In this document: positions 1 to 11,430 of the stretch, one piece after another | Position numbering within the stretch: the first letter of the stretch is position 1 | Layout: every line of letters starts with the position of its first letter | Assembly: GCF_006345805.1 (NCBI RefSeq) | Contig: NC_043005.1 | Location: 102,672,001 to 102,736,000 of the forward strand | DNA from: Octopus sinensis | Lineage: Eukaryota | Length of the DNA stretch: 64,000 nucleotides | Direction of reading: 5' to 3' | The notes under the pieces: model-generated | The model's input: the letters and a program-made list of their open reading frames with translations, nothing else | What the model was told of the DNA's origin: nothing | Database searches by the model: none | Program-made: the position numbers and the translations under genes

Positions 1-3000
1 ACTCCAGATGACAATGATTTTACATGTTGCTGATTGATACATTTTGCACCAGGACTGCCAGTTCTAACATAAGGCAGATGGTAAAATCTTTTATTATTTA
101 TACTACATATGATATCAGATATATTAGAGGTAGAACTTAATGGAATGGAGAATAAAAATCTTTCTGTACCAGCTAGAAATGGAAAGTGGTTTTTTATCTT
201 AGTAAAGATATATTAGAATCACTGCTCTGAATATTGAGGGCGAAGGGTGGTTGAATTCAAATTATCTGCCGTTGTATAATACGCTTCCAAGCCTTAATGA
301 ACTTAACGAATTCAGGGTTTCCAGCGATGGGTCCGGGTACATCACCGGTCGCTTGGCAGGCCTTATTTCATATGTTCAACTATGAGATTCACAGTGTGGA
401 TTTAATAGCTTTTCAACTTACCGTTAATACTGGGTAGGTCTACGAAAGTTAATACAGTTACATGTAGTCCACCGGAAGAATGTGTATGTGCATATGATGC
501 GGAAAACATGGCTTCATATTAGATGTGTTTGTCAGTGTCCAGGTTAATTGATAAGACATGCGGACAGTTGATAGTAAACCTAGAAGCCGTCTTTCCTTAC
601 CAGAATTAGATCAGTGGGGTAAAACGGTAAACAGTGCGAAATAGTGAGGGCTGTCCTAAATAAGTATATACTTGATTTTATGAGCATTCTCAGCTCTGGC
701 GAATGCATCTTTGTGGTAGTCCGTGTGCTAGTCGGAAAAACTCTGTTGGCTAATCATCTAGAGATACACTGTCGATTATCGAGTTGAAAACGGAACGAGG
801 TTGATTGAAATGAAAACTAAGATAATTGAGTTTCTCACACGTGTTGTGGTACTGGTGGATCAAGTTGTTGTGTTGTACCAATGTGATATCTAAGTCGGCG
901 TAGATTAAATATTTTGTTTCTCGCTCCATTTCATTTTATACTTAGTTCTAATTTTACTAGCCATGCCTTGATATTCAAGGCATCACTAGTAAGGTCTTTA
1001 ATATAAGGACTAGTGACTGCTAGATAGCACATATCATATTATATCATGTAATTAAGTCTCATAGACAAATTAATGAGAATACCCTGGGCTAATTCTAAAT
1101 AACGTTTGCAGAGGTTCTAACACGTTGTATATAATTGATAATGCTTACTTGCACCATTGATGAATTTTAATTCCGATATAGATACCTTTCTGGCTTTCTT
1201 GTAATATTTGCTATGACTATTTGTTATAATAGTTATAGATATATGGTTTGAGAGTGGGCCAGTAATTTAAATTAGCTAGAGACATTTTTTGTTTTTGGCT
1301 TTGCTGTGGCTCCAGCATTTGATTCTCATAAATGGCTCCCATAACGGTGGCTACTTCATTTCAAAGTTATTATTTACAGACGAAACAACTTGACTAATAT
1401 TTCCCACAAAACTGGGGGATAAAACTTCGTATTTATTTTCCCTATAAGTTGTGCAGTGTAATGGTTTTTAGTCTAGAGAGACGAATATTCATATCCATAT
1501 TTAAATGTATAATTTATACACAATAAACGAAGATCAGAGCACAGAAACGAAAGAAACATCGACGCCCGCGACGTCTTTGCGCACATTTGAATCTATTATC
1601 ATTCATTGAACGCGTTGATTTTATTGTCTGTGCCGAGAACGATTCTGGTGGATTGTAAACTTGAATGGCATATTTAGCATTTTTAAAAATCCATACGTTT
1701 TGCATTCAAATTTAAACAATGTCATTTCTAACACAAAGCATCAATCCAACATGCTCTATCTAGACATTTTCGACATAGTATTTAAATCTTCCTGTAGCCT
1801 CATCTTTTGGTTTTTGAAAAAGGAAGTTATATCGAGAAATGTGATATCAGATGAATCAGTAGAAAAGAAAAAGAAAAGATGAGATGGTCATGACTGGAAG
1901 ATCTTTGATCATAAGTCTTTTTGATATGGCCACATATTGATCGAAGCAACAACAACAACAACAACAGCAAAGTAAAAGATAACGATGACACCGACGATGG
2001 CTTTAAGACTATTAGTTCATCTAAAAGCCACACATCATACTTTCGTTATCTAATGCATTTTATGTCTTTGATAACATCGAAATATTTGTCCGTTTGTCCT
2101 ATTTCTCTAAAGGTGATATATCAATTGTTATATCTTTCCCTGATCTTTTCACTCGCCTTGCAATTGCGCATGTGTATTGTACTTTGGTTTCGGCAAAATT
2201 ATCAAATCAAAATATAAATACTTTATATCATCTCATTCATTGTTCCCCCGTTTTCTCCGATGGACACTTGCACAGAGAAGCGCACAAGCTACTAGACTAC
2301 GAGCATGTCACTACACGCAAATATGTACAAGCTCACACACACACAATACGCACACACACACACACACACACGAACACACATATATGCCTTTACCCATATG
2401 AACATGTATATATCTGTCTGTCTGTGTGTATGTGATTTAATAGATTGTGCAGTGTGTAAAATGATATAATATGATAGCTAAACCTAATATCATTCATTTA
2501 TTTTATATGATTCTTATTCAATTTCATAATCGTATTTATACATTTCCACATTCTCTTTTCTTTTTTGTATTTTCTGTTTATCTTATTACGTGAATATCAA
2601 AATAGCGATATATTTTCTAAATAAATTTCCTGTGACTAATCTGATTCTACACAATTTATTCCATGCTTTCAACTCTGGGATTGTTTCCACTATCACACTG
2701 TTTTCTTTTTCCCGTTTTCAAAATCATTTTGCTTTTATTATAAAGATACGCCTCGTCTCATTCGGTGTTTATCAGTCAGACTCCTTCTATATAGTTTCCA
2801 AATGCCATTTCAATGTATATAATGTTTATTCTGACCAAAGTCGATTAGTTTCTATAATAATTCAATTTCTGCGAGGATTTGTCCATTTGTTTACTTGTTG
2901 CCCTATATTACTTTGGTCCATCATTTAGTAGTTTTGTGATTTGTTATTACTTTTTTTCAGTTTTCCCAATATTAGTAGCTTGCATTTAATATGACTTTCA

Positions 3001-3540
3001 GGAATATTTGATGTGAATCTGAATTTTATATTTTTGTTCTCTTCTCATCCAATTCCAACTGTTATTTTTTTAATAATTTCTCAATAGAATATTCGATTCC
3101 TAATGAAGCTCAGTTTCCTATTTGGAAGCTGTTGCCAAATAGAAGCAGTGAGAGATTGAATTTCATGCAATTCAATAATTTTCTAAAGTCAAAATAATTC
3201 TCAGTAAATGAGACATTTTATACTCAGTGATAAAAATTTCTATTCCCACCGACTCATCTATTTTGTTGAACGACATCCCATCTCAGTTTCGATTCCAAGT
3301 ACAATTTTAGTAGGTTTACTCCCCGAAAGATGCTATAGAGAAAATACGAAAATTATCATTTAAATTTTTTTCTTAAGCCTAAAATGTAGAGCCTAGTCTA
3401 AACGTGAGCAATCATTCGACTAAATGGTTCTTGAGCTTCGGATACACTCGGAGATCTGAAAGCAACCTACTCATCATTCGTTTGTTGTCATTAGGATCAT
3501 TTATTGATCATGATTAGTAATCGGAGTTTTATGTTATATA

Positions 3541-3770
3541 TTTCGTTACTACCCACAAGGGGCTAAACGCAGAGGGGACAAACAAGGACAGACAAACGGA
3601 TTAAGTCGATTACATCGACTCCAGTGCATAACTGGTACTTATTTAATCGACCCCGAAAGGATGAAAAGCAAAGTCGACCTCGGCGGAATTTGAACTAAAA
3701 ATGTAACGACAGACGAAATACCGCTAAGCATTTCGCCTGAAGCGCTAACGTGTCTGCCAGGTCGCTGCCT
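3541..3770 (-). mobile_element. tRNA-derived SINE, family D (single unit)
   Basis: Reverse complement matches the plus-strand copies at 40186-40517, 41146-41320 and 17366-17650 (GGCAGAAACGTTAGC..., TTCAAATTCCGCCGAGGTCGACTTTGCCTTTCATCCTTTCGGGGTCGA..., tail CCTTGTGGGTAGTAA). Confidence 0.85.
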
Positions 3771-4019
3771 TTTTTCGGAGTTTTATGTTAGAGTCTTCAG
3801 ATTGGTTAAAGGGCTGCGTTAGGAAAGAAACCCAGTGACTTGAATTCGGTTGCGTTAAACTGAATAACGGATATAATTGTATAGCGTGTGATATTTTCAG
3901 TTTTATAAACGTTGGTGGTTGTTTCAATATAAAACACATATAGAGGTAAAACCAAGAAGATAGGCATATGTGGCCTGTTGTTTGTATTAGAAAAACTGAA
4001 GATTCGTGATTTATATATA

Positions 4020-5287
4020 CGAGGGGCGTTCAATAAGTAATGCCCCTGACCCACTTGAAATTGTTTGATCTAGATGAAATTTTGCATGTGCACTTATTTA
4101 TACATCTATAGATTAAGTGGCGAATTACAGCTCTGAACTAAATGTGGTTACAGATTTACAGGTGTTTGAACTGAGTCAAGTGTGAAATGGAGCCTGTTGA
4201 GTGTCGAGCAGTGATCTGGTTTTTGTATTTGAAAGGACGCACACCACGGGAGACTTGATGAAATGAAAGTAACTTATGGTGATGATGCCCCATCATATGA
4301 CTTTGTAAAACGCTGGCATTGTTAATTCAAACATAGTCGGAACTCTGTGGAAACAGCTCCCAGATCTGGTCGCCCCCTTCTGCCATTGATGAGACGTCAG
4401 TCCGTCAAGTTTAGGCTGCCGTTTTGGAAGGTCAATGCATAACTATTCGCCAAATAGCCCATAAGATCAAGATTAGTACCGGGTCTGTGGAAACTATCAT
4501 TCATGACCATTTGCATATGCAAAAGGTGTCTGCCAGATGGATTTCCAGGTTGCTCACACATTTCCAGAAGCAAGAACGCGTTGAGTGCTCGAGGATGAAT
4601 TTGGAGATGTGCCAAGAAGATGAGTCAAAATTTTTCAAAAGGCTGATCACACAGGATAAAACCTGGGTCCATCACTATGATCCATAGACCGAAGCCCAGT
4701 CAATGCAGTGAAAGCACCGTGACTCACCTCCTCCAAAGAAGGCAAGGGTGCAGCCCTCCGCTGACAAGGTTATGCTCACAGTCTTCTGGGACCAGGATGG
4801 AGTAGTGATGACAGATTTCCTGGCAAAGGGTACCACAATTACAGGAGCCTATTATGCTTCACTTTTGAGGAAATTAAGAGAAGCTATCAAAATCAAGAGG
4901 CAGGGCAAGATCAGCAAAGGCATCCTCCTCCTGCAGGACAACGCTCCGGTCCACAACTCGCGTGTCGCCAGATCAGAAGCACAGGCGTGCAGCTATGAAC
5001 TCCTCCCCTTGCACCCTCTGATTTTCACCTCTTCCCAGCCATGAAGTTGATTTTGAAAGGAAAGCGTTTCCCAGATGATGCAGCCTTGATTTCTGAAGTC
5101 ACGTCGTGGTTGGAGGACCAAGCTGGGGTCTTCTACAAAAACCGTCTCCAGAGCTGTGTCAAACGATGGGAGAAATGCATAACTCTGGGCAGTTCCTATG
5201 TAGGAAAAGACTAATAACTGTGCTAAGTGTCGTTGCTCTACTGCTATGGGAAGTGGGTCAGGGGCATTACTTATTGATCGCCCCTCC
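4020..5287 (+). mobile_element. Full-length mariner DNA transposon (irritans/Himar1-like), decayed
   Basis: 37-bp TIRs: CGAGGGGCGTTCAATAAGTAATGCCCCTGACCCACTT (4020-4056) and its reverse complement at 5251-5287 with 2 mismatches. TA dinucleotides flank both ends. 1268 bp long with an internal transposase remnant. Confidence 0.95.
4187..5214 (+). pseudogene. Mariner DD34D transposase pseudogene
   Basis: MEPVECRAVIWFLYLKG..., RSGRP, KVSARWISRLLT (WVPRxLT-like), LITQDKTWVHHYDP, KVMLTVFWD, LLQDNAPVH, LAPSDFHLF, ...KRWEKCITLGSSYVGKD*. Stops, frameshifts and a deletion removing HPPYSPD near 5008. Confidence 0.93.
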
Positions 5288-5307
5288 TATATATATATAT
5301 ATATATA

Positions 5308-5507
5308 TACTCTTTACTCTCTTACTTGTTTCAGTCATTTGACTGCGGCCATGCTGGAGTACCACCTTGATCGAGCAAATCGACACCAGGACTTATTCTT
5401 TGTTAGCCTAGTACTTATTCTATCGGTCTTTTTTGCCGAACCACTAAGTTACGGGGACGTAAACACACCAACATCGGTTGACAAGCGTTGTGGCGGGGAC
5501 AATCACA

Positions 5508-5557
<50 letters not shown>

Positions 5558-5784
5558 ATATATATATATACTCTTTACTCTCTTACTTGTTTCAGTCATT
5601 TGACTGCGGCCATGCTGGAGTACCACCTTGATCGAGCAAATCGACACCAGGACTTATTCTTTGTTAGCCTAGTACTTATTCTATCGGTCTTTTTTGCCGA
5701 ACCACTAAGTTACGGGGACGTAAACACACCAACATCGGTTGACAAGCGTTGTGGCGGGGACAATCACAGACACACACACACACA

Positions 5785-5829
<45 letters not shown>
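5308..5829. repeat. Direct tandem duplication, 261-bp period
   Basis: GACTGCGGCC at 5341 and 5602. The non-microsatellite portion appears identical in both copies. Confidence 0.9.
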
Positions 5830-5837
<8 letters not shown>

Positions 5838-6007
5838 CATAAATACGATGGGCTTCTTTCAGTTTCCGTCTACCAAATCCCCTCACAAGGCTTTGGTCAG
5901 TCCAAGGCTATAGTAGAAGACACCTGCCCAAAGTTCCACGCAGTGGGACTGAACCCGGAACCATGTGGTTGGTAAGAAGCTACTTACCACACAGCCACTT
6001 CTACGCC
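5308..6007 (-). mobile_element. tRNA-derived SINE, family A, with duplicated 3' half
   Basis: Head GGCGTAGAAGTGGCTGTGTGGTAAG...GGTTCAGTCCCAC on the minus strand, internal (TA)n(TG)n, tail ...CAGCATGGCCGCAGTCAAATGACTGAAACAAGTAAGAGAGTA. Homologous to 14099-14526, 41597-42020 and 44140-44616. Confidence 0.9.
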
Positions 6008-6083
6008 TATATATATATATATACGAATGCTTCTAATTTATAACGAAATACGTATCTTCCTAAGGATACCAATAGCAGTTTAA

Positions 6084-8562
6084 CCTGTCTACCAATGGGT
6101 CCAATGGAAACAATTTGACTTTTTTTATTTGCTTTTTCCTACTGTTTATATTATTTGATTCTGTTGATTTCTCGTGACTCTTATTTCTTTCTACCCTCCT
6201 TTAATTGTCAAATGGGAAATGCTCCCTACGGTTATAAAAGCTAGAAAATTCCACTGTATATATTAAATACCGTATAGGTGGATTGGACCCTTGAATTGAA
6301 TTCAGACAATTCTCTTGTCATTGTAAACAGAATAAAAGCAGTATAAATATCATTTTCCTAGATATTTATCAGATATAAAATAGATAAAATCGTATTCAAT
6401 TTATTTGCTAAATTTTAGATAAAATTGGAAACAATTACGAATATATTCCTATAAATTTGTGTGGCATTGCATCACCTTCATTCTCCTAAGTTGTGATGAC
6501 GCAATTCTAACAAAATATTGCATCATCTTTTAGGAGAGTACAGATATGTGAGCGAGAGCAATATCTACCTTTAGTCTGCAAGTTTCATATAGTTCAGTCG
6601 TGCTTTCCAATATGCCTAGATGCGAAAACTTGAGTGAAGACCAAATATCGAAATGGTTACTGGAATTAAATGAAGAATGGGAAGAAGATAGTAGTGATTC
6701 CTTCTATTGCTCTGAAGACTGTGGTGAAAGGGATTGTGTGCTGCACTGTTTAGGCTCTGTGTCAGCAGACGATGAAGATACTCAAAAATAATTATCTGCA
6801 AGCCACCTAATTGTGAATGAGCAATATGTTTCTAGAGACAGACAGGAAGTTTGGAATTTTAATCATCCCACTCAAGCAGCAGTATGAACTTCATCTTGCA
6901 GGATTGTGCGCCAAGAGGTGGACCCATCCGTTCTGATAAAAGGTGTCTCACCCTTTTACTGGGAAACATGTTTTACTATCTTTATGCACCAGAATCTTCT
7001 AGGAGTAATTGGTAAATGAATAAATGTTGAAGGCCAGGTTGTTTACGAAGATAAATGGAAGGAAATTGATCACTCTGAACTAAAGAGATTTATTTAACTG
7101 ATTATTCTTATAGGCGTTTATAAATCTAAACAGGAAAATGTCAAACTGTTGTGGAGATGGCCGCTCAATGTTCAACAAAATTATGATCCAGGGAAGGTTT
7201 CAACAAGTTTTACAAGTAGTGCGTTTTGATGATGCTAGTGCAAGAAGAAGAACGAGAAGTGATGATAAATTGGAGCCCATAAGAGAAGTATTTGAAATAT
7301 GGAATCAGAATTTGCAAGATGGATATGTTCGAAGTTCATGCATGACAGTTGATGAACAATTAGTTTCATTCAGAAGGCGCTGCCCATTCAGGGTATATAT
7401 TCCTTCAAAACCAGGAAAATATGGGATTAAGATGTGGGCAAAATGCGACAGTGAAACAGCTTATGCCCGCAAATGCAAATCTACACTGGAATGACCCAGT
7501 AAAAGGGAAAGAGACAAATCAATGTTCAAGAGTTGTTGAAGACCAGTAAAAGAACTTGAAAATACTGGTCGCAATATAACTTGTGATAATTTTTTTTTAA
7601 ATCTAGGATTGACTCGAAGGCTGCTTAGCAAGAACACACGTTCAGCTGGAGCAATTAGAAAGAGCAAAGTTGAACCTCCAAGTGCTTTCACAAATGGAAA
7701 AGAAAGAGAAATAAACAGCATAATATTTGGTTTCCAAATGGCTTCTATGGTCCTATGTTATTGTCCCAAGAAAAACTATGCACTCACACATATGAGTACA
7801 ATGTACTCCCAGCCTTCAATTGATTCAAAAAGTGCAGAAAAGAAACCTGAAGTTAATAGATGTTACAACAAAAGAAAAGGAGGAGTAGATACCGTAGATA
7901 AGATGGTAAGGATATACACTTGCAAAAGAATGACGCGATGTCCTATGTATATATTGTACAACATGATTGATATAAGTGCAGTGAATGCTTTCATTGTTGC
8001 TAAACAGTTTTACTTGCAAAGTTTCAAGGATAAAACAAGACAGTGTATAATTCAGTTAGGAATGGGATTTGCTCGAGGTAATACTAAACAAGAACATAAC
8101 TTACAATCATCTGGTTCCACTAACAACTCTCAACCGAACTAAAAAAGGTGACGATCTTCAACTTCATTTGGGATTCCTCAGCCAAAGCAAAAAGGAAGAT
8201 GTTCTTTGTGTGGTCAAAAATAAAAGAAAAGAAAAAAAAGATGCGAAAACTCGTACTACGTGTAAGAATTGTAATATCCATCTGTGCCAAGAACATTCCA
8301 ATGTTGTCTGCATTCACACCCACGAAGAGCTGTAAGTTTGTATTTTTGTAATCTTTTCAAATTTATAATATAATCTGCAAGCTGTATTTCTTTTATTATA
8401 ATTAGTGAGAAACAGTAATTCTTTATTCACCTGAGAGCATATATATATAATGTTGCTAAGAAATAACGGTAATTTGAATAAAATTTAATTAAAAGAAAAA
8501 TATTGGGTCCATTGGACCCTGTTTGTAGTTAGTGACATATATTTTCTCTGGTAGACAAAGGG
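6084..8562 (+). mobile_element. Full-length piggyBac-family DNA transposon, decayed
   Basis: TTAA at 6080-6083 and 8563-8566. Terminal IR CC-TGTCTACCA versus TGGTAGACAAAGGG. Subterminal IR GGGTCCAATGGA (from 6097) versus TCCATTGGACCC (8508-8519). Internal transposase remnant. Confidence 0.92.
6612..8335 (+). pseudogene. piggyBac (PGBD4-like) transposase pseudogene
   Basis: Acidic N-terminus; catalytic-triad motifs MTVDEQLVSF..RCPFRVYIPSKPGKYGIK, GRNITCDNFF and YNKRKGGVDTVD; C-terminal Cys-rich domain RCSLC...TCKNCNIHLCQEHSNVVC. Split across several frames. Confidence 0.92.
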
Positions 8563-11123
8563 TTAAAAACGTCACAGGAATGTTATGTATCTAACTGCTT
8601 GTGTGTAATTATAATTGCTTTAGATGCAAAGGTAATTAATATTCCTAACACCTACTTTGTTACGTATCCAATTTCCAAAATATGCGGTGTAAATATACTA
8701 TTTACTTTCATGCAAAGTAGAAATATCTTTTAAGCCTAAACGAAATACTCATTTATCTTCAGCCATTTCCTCATTCTAAAATGGATAAATTGTCTATTAA
8801 AAGAGTTCGATAATTAGAAAATGTCGAATAACTGACTATATCAATCCAGCTTTCCCGAAGAAAAGTTAAGATGAATGGATTTCCGTTCCAAATATTTTAT
8901 CAACCGAATTTCTCACTCATTGAATTCGTGTGTAAATTACAGAGTATTCCACTGACATTTGTGTGACAAGTCCAACTATTTGTGTAATATATAGAGTCTG
9001 CCCGATGTGACGCATTAATTTCTCTTTACACAACTTTATTCACTGTAACTTGGGTCTCACATAATCTATGATTACAGTCATTTCATTAAAATGCTACGAA
9101 GTAAGACTGAAGGCTTCATAGCTCTATCTCATGATTAAGAAACGAAATTTTGTACCACTCGTCTTTGCGTGGCGCAAATAGTTATCGAACCGTTGACACT
9201 GTCATAGAAGTAGTAGTTATGTTTTGACTAAATATGTAATGTCAGTGTATTACTATGGAAATAACACCGCAGGGCATTACAAACATTTCATCAGTATTTT
9301 TTACAAATGCTTGAAAACATAAGGAAGAAAAGCCGATGAAATGAAACCAGATTAGGCAAGCTACTAGAAATAACAGCTGAAATATCTTAAAGTATGTTCT
9401 TGCATAATAATAGTTACAATATATTTAAGTATTGGCTATATTCTTGCAAGATGTTCATCATTAAAAAATGGGGAGCACGTTCACATTGTACTCTTCGATA
9501 TGCAAGCAGGTGGGATAGTGAAGATTGGAAGATTGGAAGATTGGAACACGATATGCATTTAAACAACAGCAATATAAACATCATCATCAACATCATCATC
9601 GTTATCCTCCTCCTCCTCCTCCTCCTCCTCATCATCATCATCAAAAACAAGGACAACTTATTACAACAGATCAAATGTTAATTCCTACAAAACTTAATTG
9701 CTTCCAATTCTCTATTCCTGTTATTGTGTCATTAATCTATTCTAATTAGGATAAGTTTCTGCACCTACCTGATTACAAAGTTTTTTTCACCAATCATTTA
9801 TTTATTAGCCTTTGTCACTTTGTCTTGTCTCACAGATCAATCTCCATTACAATCCATATAACAATATTGTGCCTTTACCTTGTGTATGTGTGTACGTGTA
9901 CGTGAGTGCATGAGTGTGTGTCCGTGTCTCTGTGTCTATGTACCTACTGTGTATGCATGTATGACAAAGGTGTTCCGGTGGCATTGGAATTTACGGACTC
10001 TAGTATACAGACACATTGCTACATTAACAACTGTTGCTTGAGCACAAGTAATATAGCAGCGAGACTGCATTCAAATCTCACCCGTCCGTTTTGACAAAGA
10101 CAAACCATATTATGATGATATCAACACACTCGTGATATTCTACGCCTAAGAAGCGGGATGCTCGTTAGTGAAGCACCTTTCACCTACGTCTGGTCTATCA
10201 TGGCGCATCTGAGAATAATCACCGAGAATAACCAGAGTATGCATGTAAACAATTATTAGCGGGATGGCTGCATGATTAAATCTCCACCTCATTTATCAAA
10301 ATCTATATTTTAGGCTGTATCGTGTTCAAGCATTTGCCTTCAAATGACTGAACGGCAACAAAGAACACAAATTATCAATTCATTTCAGATAACATTTATA
10401 TGGTGCATAGATCGCTGAACAAATTCATGCTTTAAATATACAGAAGACAAGGATGTCCTTAACATATAGAGGAAATCTACTGAATAGAGGAGTTGATTAT
10501 GTATGTATACACACACAGACAAATACACATACATAGTACTAGACATAACATATGCATGTATGTGGTTATACTATTCTCTGACGTTTTCAAGCATGGCCTT
10601 GCTCAGTCATGTATATAAAATATCAATTTTATCCTAAATGATTTTTATAATAAGTTGATTGTTGACGCTCACTCATTGGAAAAAGTGAAACAAAAAATGC
10701 ATTGTGATGCATTTTAATTGGAATACGGAACAAATCTGAATGATTTAAGCGATCGTGAGTTATATATGCATTATATTAATTTGTCAAGTATTATGACGCT
10801 GAATACTTTATGAAATAATGTAACTGGATTGTCATGGATGGTAAAACACTGCAATATGTTCGTCAGTCTTTAGCTACGTACCTTGAAGATAATGAGTTCC
10901 AATCTCGGTCAGGTGAGCACTGCCTATGTTTTTTTCTCGAATTGATGAAATATCTTTCTGCCGATTTTTATAAGTAATCGCATGAATATGGTCACCTCTA
11001 TATAAGAAAATGTGACTAAATGTGACTAGGATATTGGGTGTTAGTAGTCTAAAACAAAGATGGAATAAAAATATTCGAATGATTTTGATAATAAAACAAA
11101 AACAGTAGCTATATATACCATAT

Positions 11124-11430
11124 GTGGAGGCGCAATGGCCCAGTGGTTAAGGCAACGGACTCGCGGTCGTAGGATCGCGGTTTCGATTCCCAGACCGGGC
11201 GTTGTGAGTGTTTATTGAGCGAAAACACCTAAAAGCTCCACAAAGCTCCGGCAGGGGGTGGTGATCCCTGCTGTACTCTTTCACCACTCTTTCTCCCACT
11301 CTTTCCTCTGTTGGCCTGCTCGCTTAGCCAGCGGGGTGGCGTCATTCGAAGGCTAAAACAATGCGAACGCATTGTGACCAGCGATGTGTAACTACATCTG
11401 ATAGACTGGTCGGTCACGTGATCACGTGAT
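11124..11430 (+). mobile_element. tRNA-derived SINE, family B, with TSD
   Basis: A box TGGCCCAGTGG, B-box-like GTTTCGATTCC, tail GGTCACGTGATCACGTGAT. 11-bp TSD ATATACCATAT at 11113-11123 and 11431-11441. Confidence 0.9.

Noticed and set aside
1-1480. Slightly GC-richer stretch that may be an old retroelement
   Set aside because: Single copy in the window with no diagnostic RT, endonuclease or terminal motif that I could read with confidence.
1514-1705. Minus-strand ORF ending in a basic patch and hydrophobic stretch (RRRGRRCFFRFCALIFVYCV), resembling a type II membrane anchor
   Set aside because: Short, ends in a stop, has only a weak possible donor (GTATAA) and no recognisable homology; needs RNA-seq.
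5246-5842. 198-aa ORF with an internal repeat
   Set aside because: It spans the mariner TIR, microsatellite and duplicated antisense SINE; a chance open frame.
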